From Paramoeba atlantica (lineage: Eukaryota > Protista > Discosea): 64,000 bases of DNA. The translations under genes were made by a program, and so were the position numbers. Shown in pieces: positions 10,622 to 21,551 of the stretch. The notes beneath the pieces are model-generated. The model made no database searches. It saw only the letters and a list, made by a program, of their open reading frames with translations, and was not told the origin of the DNA. Positions within the stretch are counted from its first letter, which is position 1; each line of letters begins with the position of its first letter. The stretch spans positions 434,001 through 498,000 of the forward strand of contig CDRNVI010000012.1 in assembly GCA_977017575.1 (NCBI GenBank), written 5' to 3'.

Positions 10622-12820
10622 TTACGCATTTTGGCCTAACGTCAATTTTTGAATCGCTGGTAACAAGTCTGCCACTTCATCTCCCGCTACTTCGGTTGCA
10701 AATTCGGATGATGCTATATAAGCTTTCATTTGATCCAAAGCACCTCGAAGTACTTCACCTTGAGGTTCTATGGCAAGTAGATTCTGCACCGCAGATAAGA
10801 AGTTCCGATTCTTCTTAGCACCGGTGATGCGCATTCCTTTACATGCTGCCTTCATAGCGAGTAAGAATTTGCTCATTCGATAATATACGAGAGTACCTAA
10901 ATAATGTGTTTCTAGCTCTTTTTCCGCGTGCGTCTCCAAAATCTTCAGATAGGATAACGAAGAAGTCAAATCAAGTGTACTTAGTTCTGGTGCAGGACCA
11001 AGTGGGGAAACACAGGAGCTGGACAATTGCCGCAAATACGGAATTACGGACTCTTCAAGTAGTGCAAAGTTCGTTCCGGACATCTCAAGATAACACTCGA
11101 CAATACCATACAGCGCCCGTTTGTGGAATGGGTGCTGAAATACTTTCGAGTTAATCATTTCTGTGTAGGCTCGCAGAGCGTACTTCCTTAAACAATAATT
11201 GTGAAAATCAAACTGATCCTCTTTGAAAGCACGAAAGGTGTTGTCAACGAGTAAATACGTTTGAAGAGCACTGCGTAGGTCTCCCAAGCGACGTAAGGCA
11301 TCCGCTAACTCGATTTCATACCACGTCACTTCGAACTCCTTAAGATTCCCGAGCACACCTTTTTCATGTGTTCGAATGAACTTTTCATACACGGCTGCTG
11401 CTTTTTCTATATTATTCGCGCGTAGCAAATATTTTACTGTTCGGTTCGTTAGATACCGATCGGAGGCGTCGAGATTACGAGCGAACAGCATGAGATCAGC
11501 TGCATCTGCAAGATTGCCTTGCCGTTTCTTTATCTTCGCCTCTACCGTATAGACATTTTCAAATGTAGGTGAGTGAAATTTCGCGGCGGCCACTTCAGCG
11601 AGAGCACGCTCATAATCACCTAACTCAGTGAAATGTTGTGCAAGAAAAATGTGAATAAAAAGCAGCAGTGTTGGATTCCGCTCCCCACCCTTTAAGGCGC
11701 CATGGATTCTTAGATCTTCCTTCCACTTTAAAAACAGGGATTCGATCGCAGCAATGCACTGCGGTCTAGCGTATAATGATTTGAGGGCGGAAAAGAGAGA
11801 CGGAATATTTCCTTCCACGTAAGGACGAGCAAAGGTGATTAATCTGGTCTCAAAATCAGTTCCCTCTGTCACATCCAAACAATAGCGAGCTATTGTTTTC
11901 GAAGGAGCCTTGAGTAAATTTTGATTGAGTTCATCAAGACAAGATAAAATTTCTTTTCGTTGCGAAGCGGTAAGTTCGGAATATTGCACATCTGCTGCAA
12001 GTGGAAAGGAAACAGCAACATTGAGGTATTCCTTAATGGCCCTGGACGAATGCGGATTCAAGTTAAGCACCTTAATGAATGTTTGACGTGCCTCGGTAAA
12101 CATGCTAAGTTTAGTTTCGCAATGGACTTGCAGTTCGAAAAGCAATAACTTATCGAGTACTTTCGCGCCGTTCTCTTTTGCAACTGCGTACGCTTCTGTA
12201 TACAGACCGCCGTCCACTAACAGTTGTATTTTGTATAGTTGCAGTTCGCTAAGCTCCAAGCGAGACTCTGTAGTAGATGTTGCCTTCTCGAAGGCGCATA
12301 TTATTAAATAAGCAATGTTGTGGTTCCCTGCGAGATGATGAGCGACGGCAAGACCCAGCCAATGCACTTTCACATCCGGCTTTACTTCAAGAAGTTTTTC
12401 TCGTGTCTGAATGAGCCCGGCAGTATCTAACAAGTGGTTCTGCAGAGTTGCCAAGTCACGCAAAATTTGTAGATTATTGGAATCGTATTTTAAAGCATTT
12501 ATGTAGCACTTTGTTGCCTCAGCGTAATTCTGTTCCCCTCGATGGATAAGCCCAAGCACGTGCCATGATACGTGAGAACGCATGCTATGAAGTACTCCTC
12601 GCTTTGCTAACTCCAAAGGATTCTCTTCACCCCACTCTTTCTTATCCGTCTGGGAGAGACAGAGACCTTTTAGAGCGAGCGTTTCCCCATGATTGGGATA
12701 TACTTTCAAGAGTTCAGAGGCATTTTTTATTCCTTTCTTGTATTGTTTGGTATCATAGTGTTTCATAATCTGCTTGTACACATCTTCCCATTTCGGTGAA
12801 AGACTACTATCCTTGCTCAT
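10622..12820 (-). CDS. NAA15: N-alpha-acetyltransferase 15, NatA auxiliary subunit
   Basis: YDTKQYKKGIK, HGETLALKGL, SHVSWHVLGL, NLQILRDLATLQ, DASDRYLT, EDQFDFHNYCLRK. Confidence 0.95.
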   Translation of the reverse strand: MSKDSSLSPKWEDVYKQIMKHYDTKQYKKGIKNASELLKVYPNHGETLALKGLCLSQTDKKEWGEENPLELAKRGVLHSMRSHVSWHVLGLIHRGEQNYAEATKCYINALKYDSNNLQILRDLATLQNHLLDTAGLIQTREKLLEVKPDVKVHWLGLAVAHHLAGNHNIAYLIICAFEKATSTTESRLELSELQLYKIQLLVDGGLYTEAYAVAKENGAKVLDKLLLFELQVHCETKLSMFTEARQTFIKVLNLNPHSSRAIKEYLNVAVSFPLAADVQYSELTASQRKEILSCLDELNQNLLKAPSKTIARYCLDVTEGTDFETRLITFARPYVEGNIPSLFSALKSLYARPQCIAAIESLFLKWKEDLRIHGALKGGERNPTLLLFIHIFLAQHFTELGDYERALAEVAAAKFHSPTFENVYTVEAKIKKRQGNLADAADLMLFARNLDASDRYLTNRTVKYLLRANNIEKAAAVYEKFIRTHEKGVLGNLKEFEVTWYEIELADALRRLGDLRSALQTYLLVDNTFRAFKEDQFDFHNYCLRKYALRAYTEMINSKVFQHPFHKRALYGIVECYLEMSGTNFALLEESVIPYLRQLSSSCVSPLGPAPELSTLDLTSSLSYLKILETHAEKELETHYLGTLVYYRMSKFLLAMKAACKGMRITGAKKNRNFLSAVQNLLAIEPQGEVLRGALDQMKAYIASSEFATEVAGDEVADLLPAIQKLTLGQNA

Positions 12821-13134
12821 GTTTTCAGCACAGAAGGACTTTCTTAATGATCATACGAGGAAGGAGAAAAAATCCCTTTGTATCACAATTTTCTGCAAGA
12901 GTACTACGTAACTGTGATTTATAGCGCGTGATACTCATTATTATGAAACCCAACGAACGACACATACAAACGATTTTCTTTCTTATTTTTAAGGAGTATA
13001 CTTCTATGCACAAGGATGGGATTTATTATAATATGCAGAGCCTTTGACAAGTAAAGTTGTATTCGAATAGGCCATAACTAAATAATCTCATAAACTCAGT
13101 TTAAATTCATCGGGTCCTCATTTCATTTGATGCA

Positions 13135-13473
13135 CTAAATACTGTAGGGGAATACCAAATCCAGAAACGTCATAATAAATGCCACTTCCACACCTAATAA
13201 AAAGATAGACACGGAGGATAGTCCCTCAATCCAGTCGGGCGAATACTTGTATGGGTTCTCGGGATCATAGTCTTTAAACTCTCTCGGCCACTCTGCTTGG
13301 TTAACAACGACTTTGCTACGTTCTTCATCGGTCAGTTGTGGCCTTCGCATTGGGTTTTTAAATGGCCCGACGTTATAGGAACGGATCTGAGACACGTATG
13401 CTGCGCACGGTAAAACATTCGTTATCCTTCTTGTGAGGCCGTTCGACCTTCTGCGTGAATATCGAACAATCAT
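13135..13473 (-). CDS. Small single-TM protein with Arg-rich N-terminus, probably mitochondrial
   Basis: From ATG 13473 (MIVRYSRRR...); hydrophobic C-terminal segment. The upstream part of the track ORF looks like UTR. Confidence 0.55.
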   Translation of the reverse strand: MIVRYSRRRSNGLTRRITNVLPCAAYVSQIRSYNVGPFKNPMRRPQLTDEERSKVVVNQAEWPREFKDYDPENPYKYSPDWIEGLSSVSIFLLGVEVAFIMTFLDLVFPYSI

Positions 13474-13849
13474 TTGAAAGAACAAAAACTTTATGTCAAA
13501 CAAATGGCTAGAAGACTTTATACAGTTAACACACGAACGCGATTCCAAAATAAGTGCAAAAAATTTAATTAAAGGTGAATAAAACTTGCGCATGCAGGTT
13601 ATGTGTACAATTACAAAAACAATTCTAACACACATCTTCATGTGAATGAAGATCTTCATCCTCAATGATTACATATCCATCGCTTTGTACTATGCGAAAA
13701 TTTCGATAATCAGGTTTTCTTAACCGTAATTTCTACAACCTGACCGAATAGACCATTGCGAGGAAAAGAATTTAACGTTGCGATATGTTACTAATCCTAC
13801 CATTTTTTTCAAGTGATCCTATCAAGTGAACTTCATCTGTGACAAACCT

Positions 13850-15130
13850 CCGGCACACTTCTCCTACCCCCATTACGTAGCACCCCCTCTCACATCGACG
13901 TGTGCAAATCCTCCAACGCCTTCCACGCCGCCTGCTTCGTCTCCTCATCCAACTTCTCCACCCCCAACGCCTGGGCAATCTCCCCCCTCACCCTTTTCCA
14001 CGACAGCTCCGACAACGCCTCCTCCGATAACCCCCCATACCGACGCCTCACCACCTCCTCCACCTCCGTACCCCCACCCCCACCCCCACCCCCTCTCCCC
14101 TTCGGTGTCCCCAACAACGACACACTCCCTGAACGACTACGTACACTCCATGACCTTTCCTCCCCCCCCTCCCCTCCCCCTCCCCCCTCCTTCCCCCCTC
14201 TACACCCCCAACTCCCCACCGAACCCGACCCCCCAAACCCCAGCCTCATTACCGTAAACCCCTGCGGCAAATACACCCGTTCACTCCCCTCCCCCCCCTC
14301 CCTCGGCTCCAACCCCTTCGGCAGTCTCACCGCCCCCTCCCACCCCCTCCCGCCGTACCCCCCACCCCCCCGCTCCCTCCCCACCCCCACGGTCTGCTGC
14401 CGCAGCACCTCCCCCATCACCCCCTCCGTGAGGTCACACAGCACCTGGAGCCGTACCCCCCCCTCAGCACCCACGGCGTACCGGTCCCGTTGCTGCCTCA
14501 TCCGTCGCAGCAGTTCCCGGAGGAAGGGCACGGAGGCCCACTGGGCGCCCCGCAGCACGGGCTCCAGGAACAACACCAGGACGCGTTGGAAGGACCCGAG
14601 GGAGTGGCGGGGGTCGAGCTCGTGGTCGTAGAGGGGGTGGTGGGAGAGGGCGTAGAGGAGCGGGGGGAGGAGGTACTCGGGGTAGAGGGCCACGGCGGAG
14701 GGGTGGGTGAGGGCGACGGGGGGGGAGGCCTCGGCAAGGGCGGTACGGAAACGGTGGAGGACGTGGGTAATGGATTGGCGAAGGAAGGAGAGGTTGGAGC
14801 GGTCGGTCTCGAGGAGGGCGGAGCACAGGAGGTGGGTGGTGCAGGACAGGGGGAGTTGGTGGGTGAGACAGAGGTGGGTGTGGAGTTTGCGTTGGAGGGT
14901 GCGGCGGTTGGATTTGTGGTCGTCGGCGCTGAGGGCGACGTGGAGGGCGTTGGAGAGGTGGGGGTTGGATTGGAGGGCGGCACGGGCGTGGGGGAGGCGG
15001 AGGAGGCGGAGGAGTTGTTTGCAGAGCGCGAGGCGCTTGTCGACCGGGGAGGCGGTGTCGGGCATTCTCTGGGAGGTTTTGAGCATGTCGATGAAGAGTT
15101 CGGTGAAGCGGAGGGCGTCGGCGCTCCCGT
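13850..15130. other. GC-rich skew-flip island B (switch near 14550)
   Basis: C-rich 13850-14480 and G-rich 14600-15130 on +; covers the PDS5 3' end. Confidence 0.85.
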
Positions 15131-17663
15131 CGGGGCCTTGCGCTTGGACGTGAGCTGTCAGGACACGCAGCACGGCTTGTAGGGAAAGAGCTGCATGGGG
15201 TTCACTTGAAACCGTGCAAGTGTGAGCAAGGTGGATTAAGTTCTCCACGACAGGTGCGCTCAGTGTGGAAGATCCGGACAGAAGAACCTCACGAAGGGTA
15301 ATTGTCAGATGAACGAATTCCATAGATTCCGTCTTTAGTTTCTCGTTGATCGCAGCTAACATCTGATCTAATGCCTTTGGAAAGGAGAGGGCACACACTC
15401 GGAATGTCTTAGCAGCGAACTTGCATAAGTAAGAGCTGTTGATCGAGGCGTTCATACAAAGCTTGCCCAATTTTTGTACCAATTCATGGGTTGGACAATA
15501 TTTTTTTGTGGAGAGTGTTGACCCCGTGGAGACAGTATAAAGCAAATGCAAAAGGAGGGTCAGTGTGTCCTCAGGCTCTGTAATTAGCTTTTGTTGACTT
15601 GCCAAGGAGCTTCGTGGTCGACGTGCGGGTGAAGATGTACTTACAGTTTTTGATCGTTCCGTGGTCAGCCAATCCTGTACATTATTCAGTGTAAATTCGG
15701 TGAGAAAATCGTGAATGGATTCCAGGGTTTGGGGATCATTTATGCTCATGAAGATTAACGCACGGATAGCCGGCTCCATTTTCGTGTTCCTCTTAATATT
15801 GTCAATGGCTATATCTACTGCATCGACACTTAAGGGAAGTACAATCCTCGGCAGAACGTCTTTCTCAAAGTAGGACCCCGCTTCCTTACGTACATTCGCC
15901 TGAACCCGTCTAGTCAGTTCGACTGCTGACTTCCACTCCAACTGCCCCTTCAGTTGCGCAAACTCTCGAGCGATTTTCTCGTCCTTAATGTTGATCAGAC
16001 TGATCCATTCTGTTTTTGCATCTCCAGTAGAACTCGGGATGGCCTTTGACAAGAAGTTTATTAATTTGTCCATGTCATCTCGCGATATTTTTTCTGAGCG
16101 TGAAGAAAGCACCTTCTTGACCACCGTTCGAAGTCGGCCCATACGTCCCAATATTTCTTCCATGACCTTTACGGCGTATCGGTCTAACGAGCAGCAAAGA
16201 TCAATGAAACTTGGTGAAGAACGTATCATTGAGCTCAACGCAAGTTCTACGGAAGAACGGTTCGTACCGTCATCGGTGACGTACACATGGAGGATCTCAT
16301 TCGGTATCCATTGCTTCACAGATGCAGGTATACTGGATGTGCCGAACAGATTTGCTAATTGATTTATCGCCGCAATTCTCACGCTGGCTTTCTTGTCCCT
16401 GCATCTTGTCCCCACGGCTTTGAGCAACCCTTGTGGCGTGCTTGATCCTGCTGAGGTAAGGATGACATTGACCGCATTTCGTCGCACAGATTCCTCCGCA
16501 TCAATCAATTTAGATTGCAATGGATCGGAAAGCACGTTCCACAACTGAGAATGGTAGGGCAAATGAACGGTTTTCGCGAGAACAATACCACCAAATTTCA
16601 CCATCTCATTTCTGTTTCCCACACGGGCGTCCCAGTAGCGGGTTAAAAAGAGTTGACTGGGTTGAGAACATTCCAACAAAAGCACTGGTACGCTACTGTA
16701 CAGTTTACACAAAGCTTTAATCAAAATCGAACGCAAATCAACGTTCTCGGATTTCAGAAATTCAACAATGCTAGCTAAGGCCTGCCCTACACAACGAGGA
16801 CTGGCGTTCGCTATCTTTGTGACCAAGCGAACAATATCAGCAAACTCTTCCATTACTTTTTTCTGCTGTGCCTGACGGGTTCCTTCCGAGAGATCACATT
16901 CAAGCAGTTTTTCCATCACAGCATCCCAGTCCTGGGTGAGTTGAACACCCACGAGTCTTTGAAAGTTCTCACCAGCGCGAGAGAAAACGAGTTGTGCCAC
17001 AGCCGAATCCTTGCGCACGCCCTGTAATAAAATATGAAATTGTCGATCACCGACTCCACCTGTGGCCGTAATCACATCTGTAATTAGGCTCGCCATGTGC
17101 GAATCCGACAATTCGTACGACTTGCTGTGGTCTAGCAACGCATCGGTAAGTTTGGCAATACCTTCCTCATTAATATTACTCGGCGTAGCGGCGGCAGGCT
17201 GTTTTTTACACAGAGCGTATAGTACGTGCACGGTGCTGAGGCACTCCAAAAGGTGAACTAAATATGCACGGGGGAGCTGCTTTCTAGAGGAGCTGGAACG
17301 CATACGCTCAAAAGGCGATGTGAGAAGAACAAACGCATCGCTTGTCTTGTCTTCAGCAAAGGGAAACTGTGGAGCGACAACACGCAGAGCGTCACCCACG
17401 ATACATGCGGCAAGAAGTACTATTTCAGCATTCACGTGCTGGGCAATTTCCTTTTTCAGGAGTTGATGCAAATACTCTGGAGGTAACGGGCCGGACTCTT
17501 TCTCTGGTACTTGGGGATATGAACTCATAAATTTTGCTTGCTCTATTAAATGAGAAAGCAGGCTCTTGGTATCGTGATTGCGAAAAATGGCAAGCGATGT
17601 TTGCGGCTTCGCTTTCTTGCGAGCTGGAGCCTGCTCCATCGAATCAAAGTCAACAACGTCCAT
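13890..17663 (-). CDS. PDS5: Sister-chromatid cohesion protein PDS5 with a C-terminal DEK-C-like helical domain
   Basis: HEAT-like repeats; CIVGDALRVVAPQFPF, RCRDKKASVR, WIPNEILHVY, YPEYLLPPLLYALSHHP. Likely ATG at 17663. Confidence 0.85.
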   Translation of the reverse strand: MDVVDFDSMEQAPARKKAKPQTSLAIFRNHDTKSLLSHLIEQAKFMSSYPQVPEKESGPLPPEYLHQLLKKEIAQHVNAEIVLLAACIVGDALRVVAPQFPFAEDKTSDAFVLLTSPFERMRSSSSRKQLPRAYLVHLLECLSTVHVLYALCKKQPAAATPSNINEEGIAKLTDALLDHSKSYELSDSHMASLITDVITATGGVGDRQFHILLQGVRKDSAVAQLVFSRAGENFQRLVGVQLTQDWDAVMEKLLECDLSEGTRQAQQKKVMEEFADIVRLVTKIANASPRCVGQALASIVEFLKSENVDLRSILIKALCKLYSSVPVLLLECSQPSQLFLTRYWDARVGNRNEMVKFGGIVLAKTVHLPYHSQLWNVLSDPLQSKLIDAEESVRRNAVNVILTSAGSSTPQGLLKAVGTRCRDKKASVRIAAINQLANLFGTSSIPASVKQWIPNEILHVYVTDDGTNRSSVELALSSMIRSSPSFIDLCCSLDRYAVKVMEEILGRMGRLRTVVKKVLSSRSEKISRDDMDKLINFLSKAIPSSTGDAKTEWISLINIKDEKIAREFAQLKGQLEWKSAVELTRRVQANVRKEAGSYFEKDVLPRIVLPLSVDAVDIAIDNIKRNTKMEPAIRALIFMSINDPQTLESIHDFLTEFTLNNVQDWLTTERSKTVSTSSPARRPRSSLASQQKLITEPEDTLTLLLHLLYTVSTGSTLSTKKYCPTHELVQKLGKLCMNASINSSYLCKFAAKTFRVCALSFPKALDQMLAAINEKLKTESMEFVHLTITLREVLLSGSSTLSAPVVENLIHLAHTCTVSSEPHAALSLQAVLRVLTAHVQAQGPDGSADALRFTELFIDMLKTSQRMPDTASPVDKRLALCKQLLRLLRLPHARAALQSNPHLSNALHVALSADDHKSNRRTLQRKLHTHLCLTHQLPLSCTTHLLCSALLETDRSNLSFLRQSITHVLHRFRTALAEASPPVALTHPSAVALYPEYLLPPLLYALSHHPLYDHELDPRHSLGSFQRVLVLFLEPVLRGAQWASVPFLRELLRRMRQQRDRYAVGAEGGVRLQVLCDLTEGVMGEVLRQQTVGVGRERGGGGYGGRGWEGAVRLPKGLEPREGGEGSERVYLPQGFTVMRLGFGGSGSVGSWGCRGGKEGGGGGEGGEERSWSVRSRSGSVSLLGTPKGRGGGGGGGGTEVEEVVRRRYGGLSEEALSELSWKRVRGEIAQALGVEKLDEETKQAAWKALEDLHTSM

Positions 17664-17904
17664 GTGGCAAAAAATCGTATTGAAATACAATGAATCATAC
17701 TTTCAAGAGAGAGCTCAAAATTTAACCTGCTATATTAATTCTGTTTTTACAAAGTGACCCAAAAAATATGGGATGAATTTAAGCTTAGTTAAAATAAGAA
17801 AAAGAAACTCGTTTCTTGGTTTTTTTAAAAGGGGAAAACAGCAATAGTCGTGATATAGGGGTATGCTCCGATCGAAATGCCAACAGACAGTGGATGTAAT
17901 GAGA

Positions 17905-18612
17905 TCATGTTTTTCGAGCATGTACATGATCCCGGTGAGCAACGTATTCCATTGAGGCTTTAATTAAAGGCTTAAACAGGTCTCGAAGCCTGTTGCCTAA
18001 GAGATCCACAGCGGCTTGGTCTCGACAATCTCGATTCCACACACTCAGTCTCGCGCCGCTGGTTCGACGGGAGAACACAATGCCGACGACAGTCTCCGTG
18101 GGGTTGTCTTTTTCAAGCGCGCCGCCCACCACAGCCATAACCAGCTTCTCCCACAGAGCATCGTACAGAGGACGCTGACTTCGGGTCAAGCTGCAGGTCC
18201 ATTTTCCACCCGACTCGTTGGCCGCATCTTCCCACATGGGGCGAATGCCGTCGCGAAAGTAGTAGTAGGTACACCCGGACGGTGTCTTATCGACAACCCA
18301 GGAAGGTATGGAGTACGGAGGTTGCATTCTGCGAAACATCTGCCAAAACGTTTCTACAGTAGAAAAGCTGTCCACTCTCCGGAGTTGACTTTCCCACGTA
18401 TCCGACCCAGCAGCTTCAGATTGTGCCTCTGGATGGCCATGTGGCTTAGACCCAGAAATAAAACCGAATCGCCATATCGTCCACGTGGAGGACAGGGGAT
18501 GGGTGCCCATGGTTGATACTGGGGTATGTGTGGCGTGCCGTCCAGATCCCGATAATTTATCTTCATCTAATTCTAAGAGCTCGCCTTCAATATTATCAAG
18601 ATCATCAAACAT
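17905..18612 (-). CDS. eIF4E: Cap-binding translation initiation factor eIF4E family
   Basis: HPLSSTWTIW, FSTVETFW, GIRPMWED, GGKW, RLSVWNRD; the cap-stacking Trp residues appear retained. Confidence 0.93.
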   Translation of the reverse strand: MFDDLDNIEGELLELDEDKLSGSGRHATHTPVSTMGTHPLSSTWTIWRFGFISGSKPHGHPEAQSEAAGSDTWESQLRRVDSFSTVETFWQMFRRMQPPYSIPSWVVDKTPSGCTYYYFRDGIRPMWEDAANESGGKWTCSLTRSQRPLYDALWEKLVMAVVGGALEKDNPTETVVGIVFSRRTSGARLSVWNRDCRDQAAVDLLGNRLRDLFKPLIKASMEYVAHRDHVHARKT

Positions 18613-18806
18613 CGGTAATCCGAAAAAAAGGTCTGAAAACTCCTCTTTGATTAAGTATAAATAAATCGTCTTACAATGTAAGATACATTGTTGAACTGCA
18701 GTACCCTGTTGATCCTAACATTCAGATTATTTCAATAGTTACTATACATGTGAGCGGCTGCGGGTGAAATCTCGATGAAACCCCGCTACCCACGGCCACT
18801 CATGTA

Positions 18807-19653
18807 CAGGGGGTGACACTTGAACCTGGGGGGTCTAAGATTTGTAAAAACAGCTCAGCTTTGAAGAATAATGCGGCGTTGGAGAGCTCTCTCCGAGTTG
18901 TTTGCCTTCGGCGTATTCGGACCGCCCAAGTTAAACAAATTAATTCGAAGACAAAAAAACATGGGTTTTTCATGTGAAAAATTGTTGATTTTTCTTTTTT
19001 CCCCTTTTTATGACACAAAAGCGAGTTCGCTCGAGGACATCGCATGGTACATTGTCTGCCTGATCGTATTCTTCTCCCACAAAGCTCCACAATGCTTCTA
19101 GTAGCAGAGTATGAGCAAACACAGTCTTTCTACCGAACATCTTAGAACTTTAGGGTGCACGAAGACACTATAAAGCGATGGATTGAACGCCATTTGGCGA
19201 CTGGGGATATCGAAAGTCACGTTCCTTTGCGTGCTTCCCTTGTTTCCACTCCTCTCCTCAAGGAAACAGCGTTAAAAGTAAATGGTGACGGTCAGGGATG
19301 TGACTTACATGTATGTCATTCCGTCCTTGAGAGAACTCCTAAGGGAGCTGCATCGACGAGAATTTTTGTGTCCTAAGGAATATTTAATCAAAGAAGGAGA
19401 TAATCAAAGTTCCTTTTTAGCACCTCACAAGATTCGCCGAATGCAATTCGCGAACGACATGATGCAGCTCTCCGATAAAGCTCTCGAGGAAATTGTTTTT
19501 TCTGACCAAAAAAAATATTGTTGCAAAGCATCAGCGAAATTGCTTTGTACTAAGACATGTAACTCTGAGAGAGCTCTGCAATGCGCTATTCTTTTTGAAA
19601 ATTGGGAAGTTTTTACAAGTTTTAGACCCCCCAGGTGCAAGTGACACCCCCTG
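18807..19653 (+). mobile_element. Internally deleted Tc1/mariner element (847 bp)
   Basis: TA|CAGGGGGTGACACTTGAACCTGGGGGGTCTAA ... TTAGACCCCCCAGGTGCAAGTGACACCCCCTG|TA; imperfect inverted match continues about 95 bp. Internal remnant FLAPHKIRRMQFAND...IVFSDQKKY. Confidence 0.85.
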
Positions 19654-19691
19654 TATACACATACATGAGGGGCTGCGGCTACACAGCCATG

Positions 19692-19768
19692 AGGGGCTGC
19701 GGGTCGCGGGTTCGGCGCGGGTTCGGTGCGGGTTCGGTGCGGGTTCGGTGCGGGTTCGGTGTGGGTTT
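19692..19768. repeat. 11-bp tandem repeat (gcgggttcggt)n
   Basis: About 5-6 copies; two more at 20897-20918. Confidence 0.85.
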
Positions 19769-19959
19769 GGCATCGGCTGAGGCCTTCTCAAGCTCAGGTC
19801 AACTTTGCAGAAAACGCAGGCTTTGAAGCACAAGACTAACCAAAGGAGAAAGAATAAAATTTCGTATGTAGTAGAATTGCAGTGTTAGACCCTAAACTTT
19901 CGTTTTCAGGGTTTGTAAAAGGTTTATAAAAGCAAGATTATATATATTTCCCCTCTTGC

Positions 19960-20130
19960 AATAAGCCACAAGATCATCAGACCTTGGGCCCCGAAGTTGT
20001 GGCAAAATGTGCGAAGCGTGGGTTAGACCAAAAGAGAGTCCAAGAAGCTTGCTGTGTCTACGAAGGGTGGACAGTATGCCAACGGAAACTGACATTCGCA
20101 CTTGTGGCCCAGATGCTCTGCATAATACAG
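19960..20130 (+). pseudogene. Coding remnant of an unidentified repeat family (homologous to 43410-43560)
   Basis: AISHKIIRPWAPKLW/fs/CAKRGLDQKRVQEACCVYEGWTV aligns with AISYKIAKAWASKLWLCAKRRLDQKRVSEERCRLYEGWTV. Confidence 0.55.
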
Positions 20131-21022
20131 CGAAGCTTTACTGTGGGCAAGTCGAAAGTTTATCGTCGTGCGGCAACTTCTGTTGCGGAATACCACAGCC
20201 CTTCAGTGTGTTAACGGCTTTTTCACTCTTTTAACGTCAAATATTACATCTGCAACATTGGCTCCCTACCCACGAACGCGAGATACGCTCGAAGGTGAAT
20301 TTGATCGCTTGATCAGTGATTCGGGACGACAAGTCCAAGAAGATCCTGGGAAAGCTCAGCTTCGCAAAAATACAAGCATATCCGAGTATTCCGTCAAGCA
20401 ATAAATCGGATTCACTTTTCGGAAACGCACGCAGAACGTGAATTTGGCGACATGCTTCACATCGAGAATAAGAAGCGTCATCTTGCAAATGATCTGTTGG
20501 AAGGTAGGGTGCGTGTGCTTTTTAACAACCCACGAAATCTTAATCGACACAAGGTACGCTTGTCCCCCGAAGAAGCACTACCCGCTTATCCCTCGGAGTA
20601 CAACACACGTACCACTGGGTGAAGCTACTTCAAGGAAAAGAGCACTCACAAATAATTTCTTCTACTATTGGATCTTCACGTTGCGTGCAAGGCACTGGAT
20701 GACTTGCAGATTGTTCGGTGATGGGAAGACAGAAATTAATTATTACTGATACTGACTTCAGACGATAGGAAAAGTTGTTTAAGTACAAAATATCAGAAGT
20801 CAATGCTCAAGAAAGGACTGTATCGGCATTTTCTTCACCGGGATTCCATATGCTAAAAAACTGGAAAATGGTTCATTTTGACCCCAAATGCGAAGCGCGG
20901 GTTCGGTGGGGGTTCGGTGATGCACACCCGCAGCCTCTCACCTACATGTATACATGTAGGTGTATCGTGAATATTATTGTCCATAATTAAAATTCTCTCA
21001 AACCGTCGCTTTACAAAACAAT

Positions 21023-21550
21023 TCAGAAAGTCTGATGCCTAGGCTGAATCATAGGGTCGAAGTTATGACTTTGCCCTAGCCAAAAAAATAAGTCATCATG
21101 CAAAAAGAAGAAATTCGTTGAGTTTAATAAACTTTCATTTGTTGGCTGCTTCGTTAAAAACGTGAAAACTGTCCCCGCCTCTAAGCAACTTAAGTTCAAT
21201 CAAGCACTTGAATAATGCACTAAAATACAAAATAAATGATAAAAATCATAGTTTTTTGCAGAACTTTCGGGTAAAGGCTTCATCACATCTTTTCATGATG
21301 CCATATCGATTTCGAGATCTGTTTAATGCTGAAGGAATTAGGCTAAAAGCTCGTGCCACACAAATTTTGGACCCCCACCTTTTTCGTGCCCCCCCTCCCT
21401 GTAAAGTTATATCGTGAATACTTTTTTTCTGACTTAAATTTCTCTCAAAGCACCTCATTACAAATTAACTCAGAAAGTCTGATGCCTAGGCTGAATCATA
21501 GGGTCGAAGTTATGACTTTTCCCTAGCCAAAAAAAGAAGTCATCATGCAA
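21023..21550. repeat. About 80-bp near-identical direct repeat pair (21023-21102 and 21470-21550)
   Basis: Shared core tcagaaagtctgatgcctaggctgaatcatagggtcgaagttatgacttt; weaker similarity extends upstream. Confidence 0.9.
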
Positions 21551-21551
21551 C

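Larger units (their letters stand above)
18751..20940. mobile_element. Putative composite or degenerate element bounded by 16-bp inverted repeats (tgagcggctgcgggtg / cacccgcagcctctca); contains a nested Tc1 element
   Basis: 15/16 match between 18751-18766 and the reverse complement of 20925-20940; related end motif at 50468 and 51654. No clean TSD. Confidence 0.4.

Noticed and set aside
18760-18800. tRNA-like GC hairpin ending in cca
   Set aside because: No cloverleaf or T-loop consensus; it belongs to the GGCTGCGGGTG repeat end.
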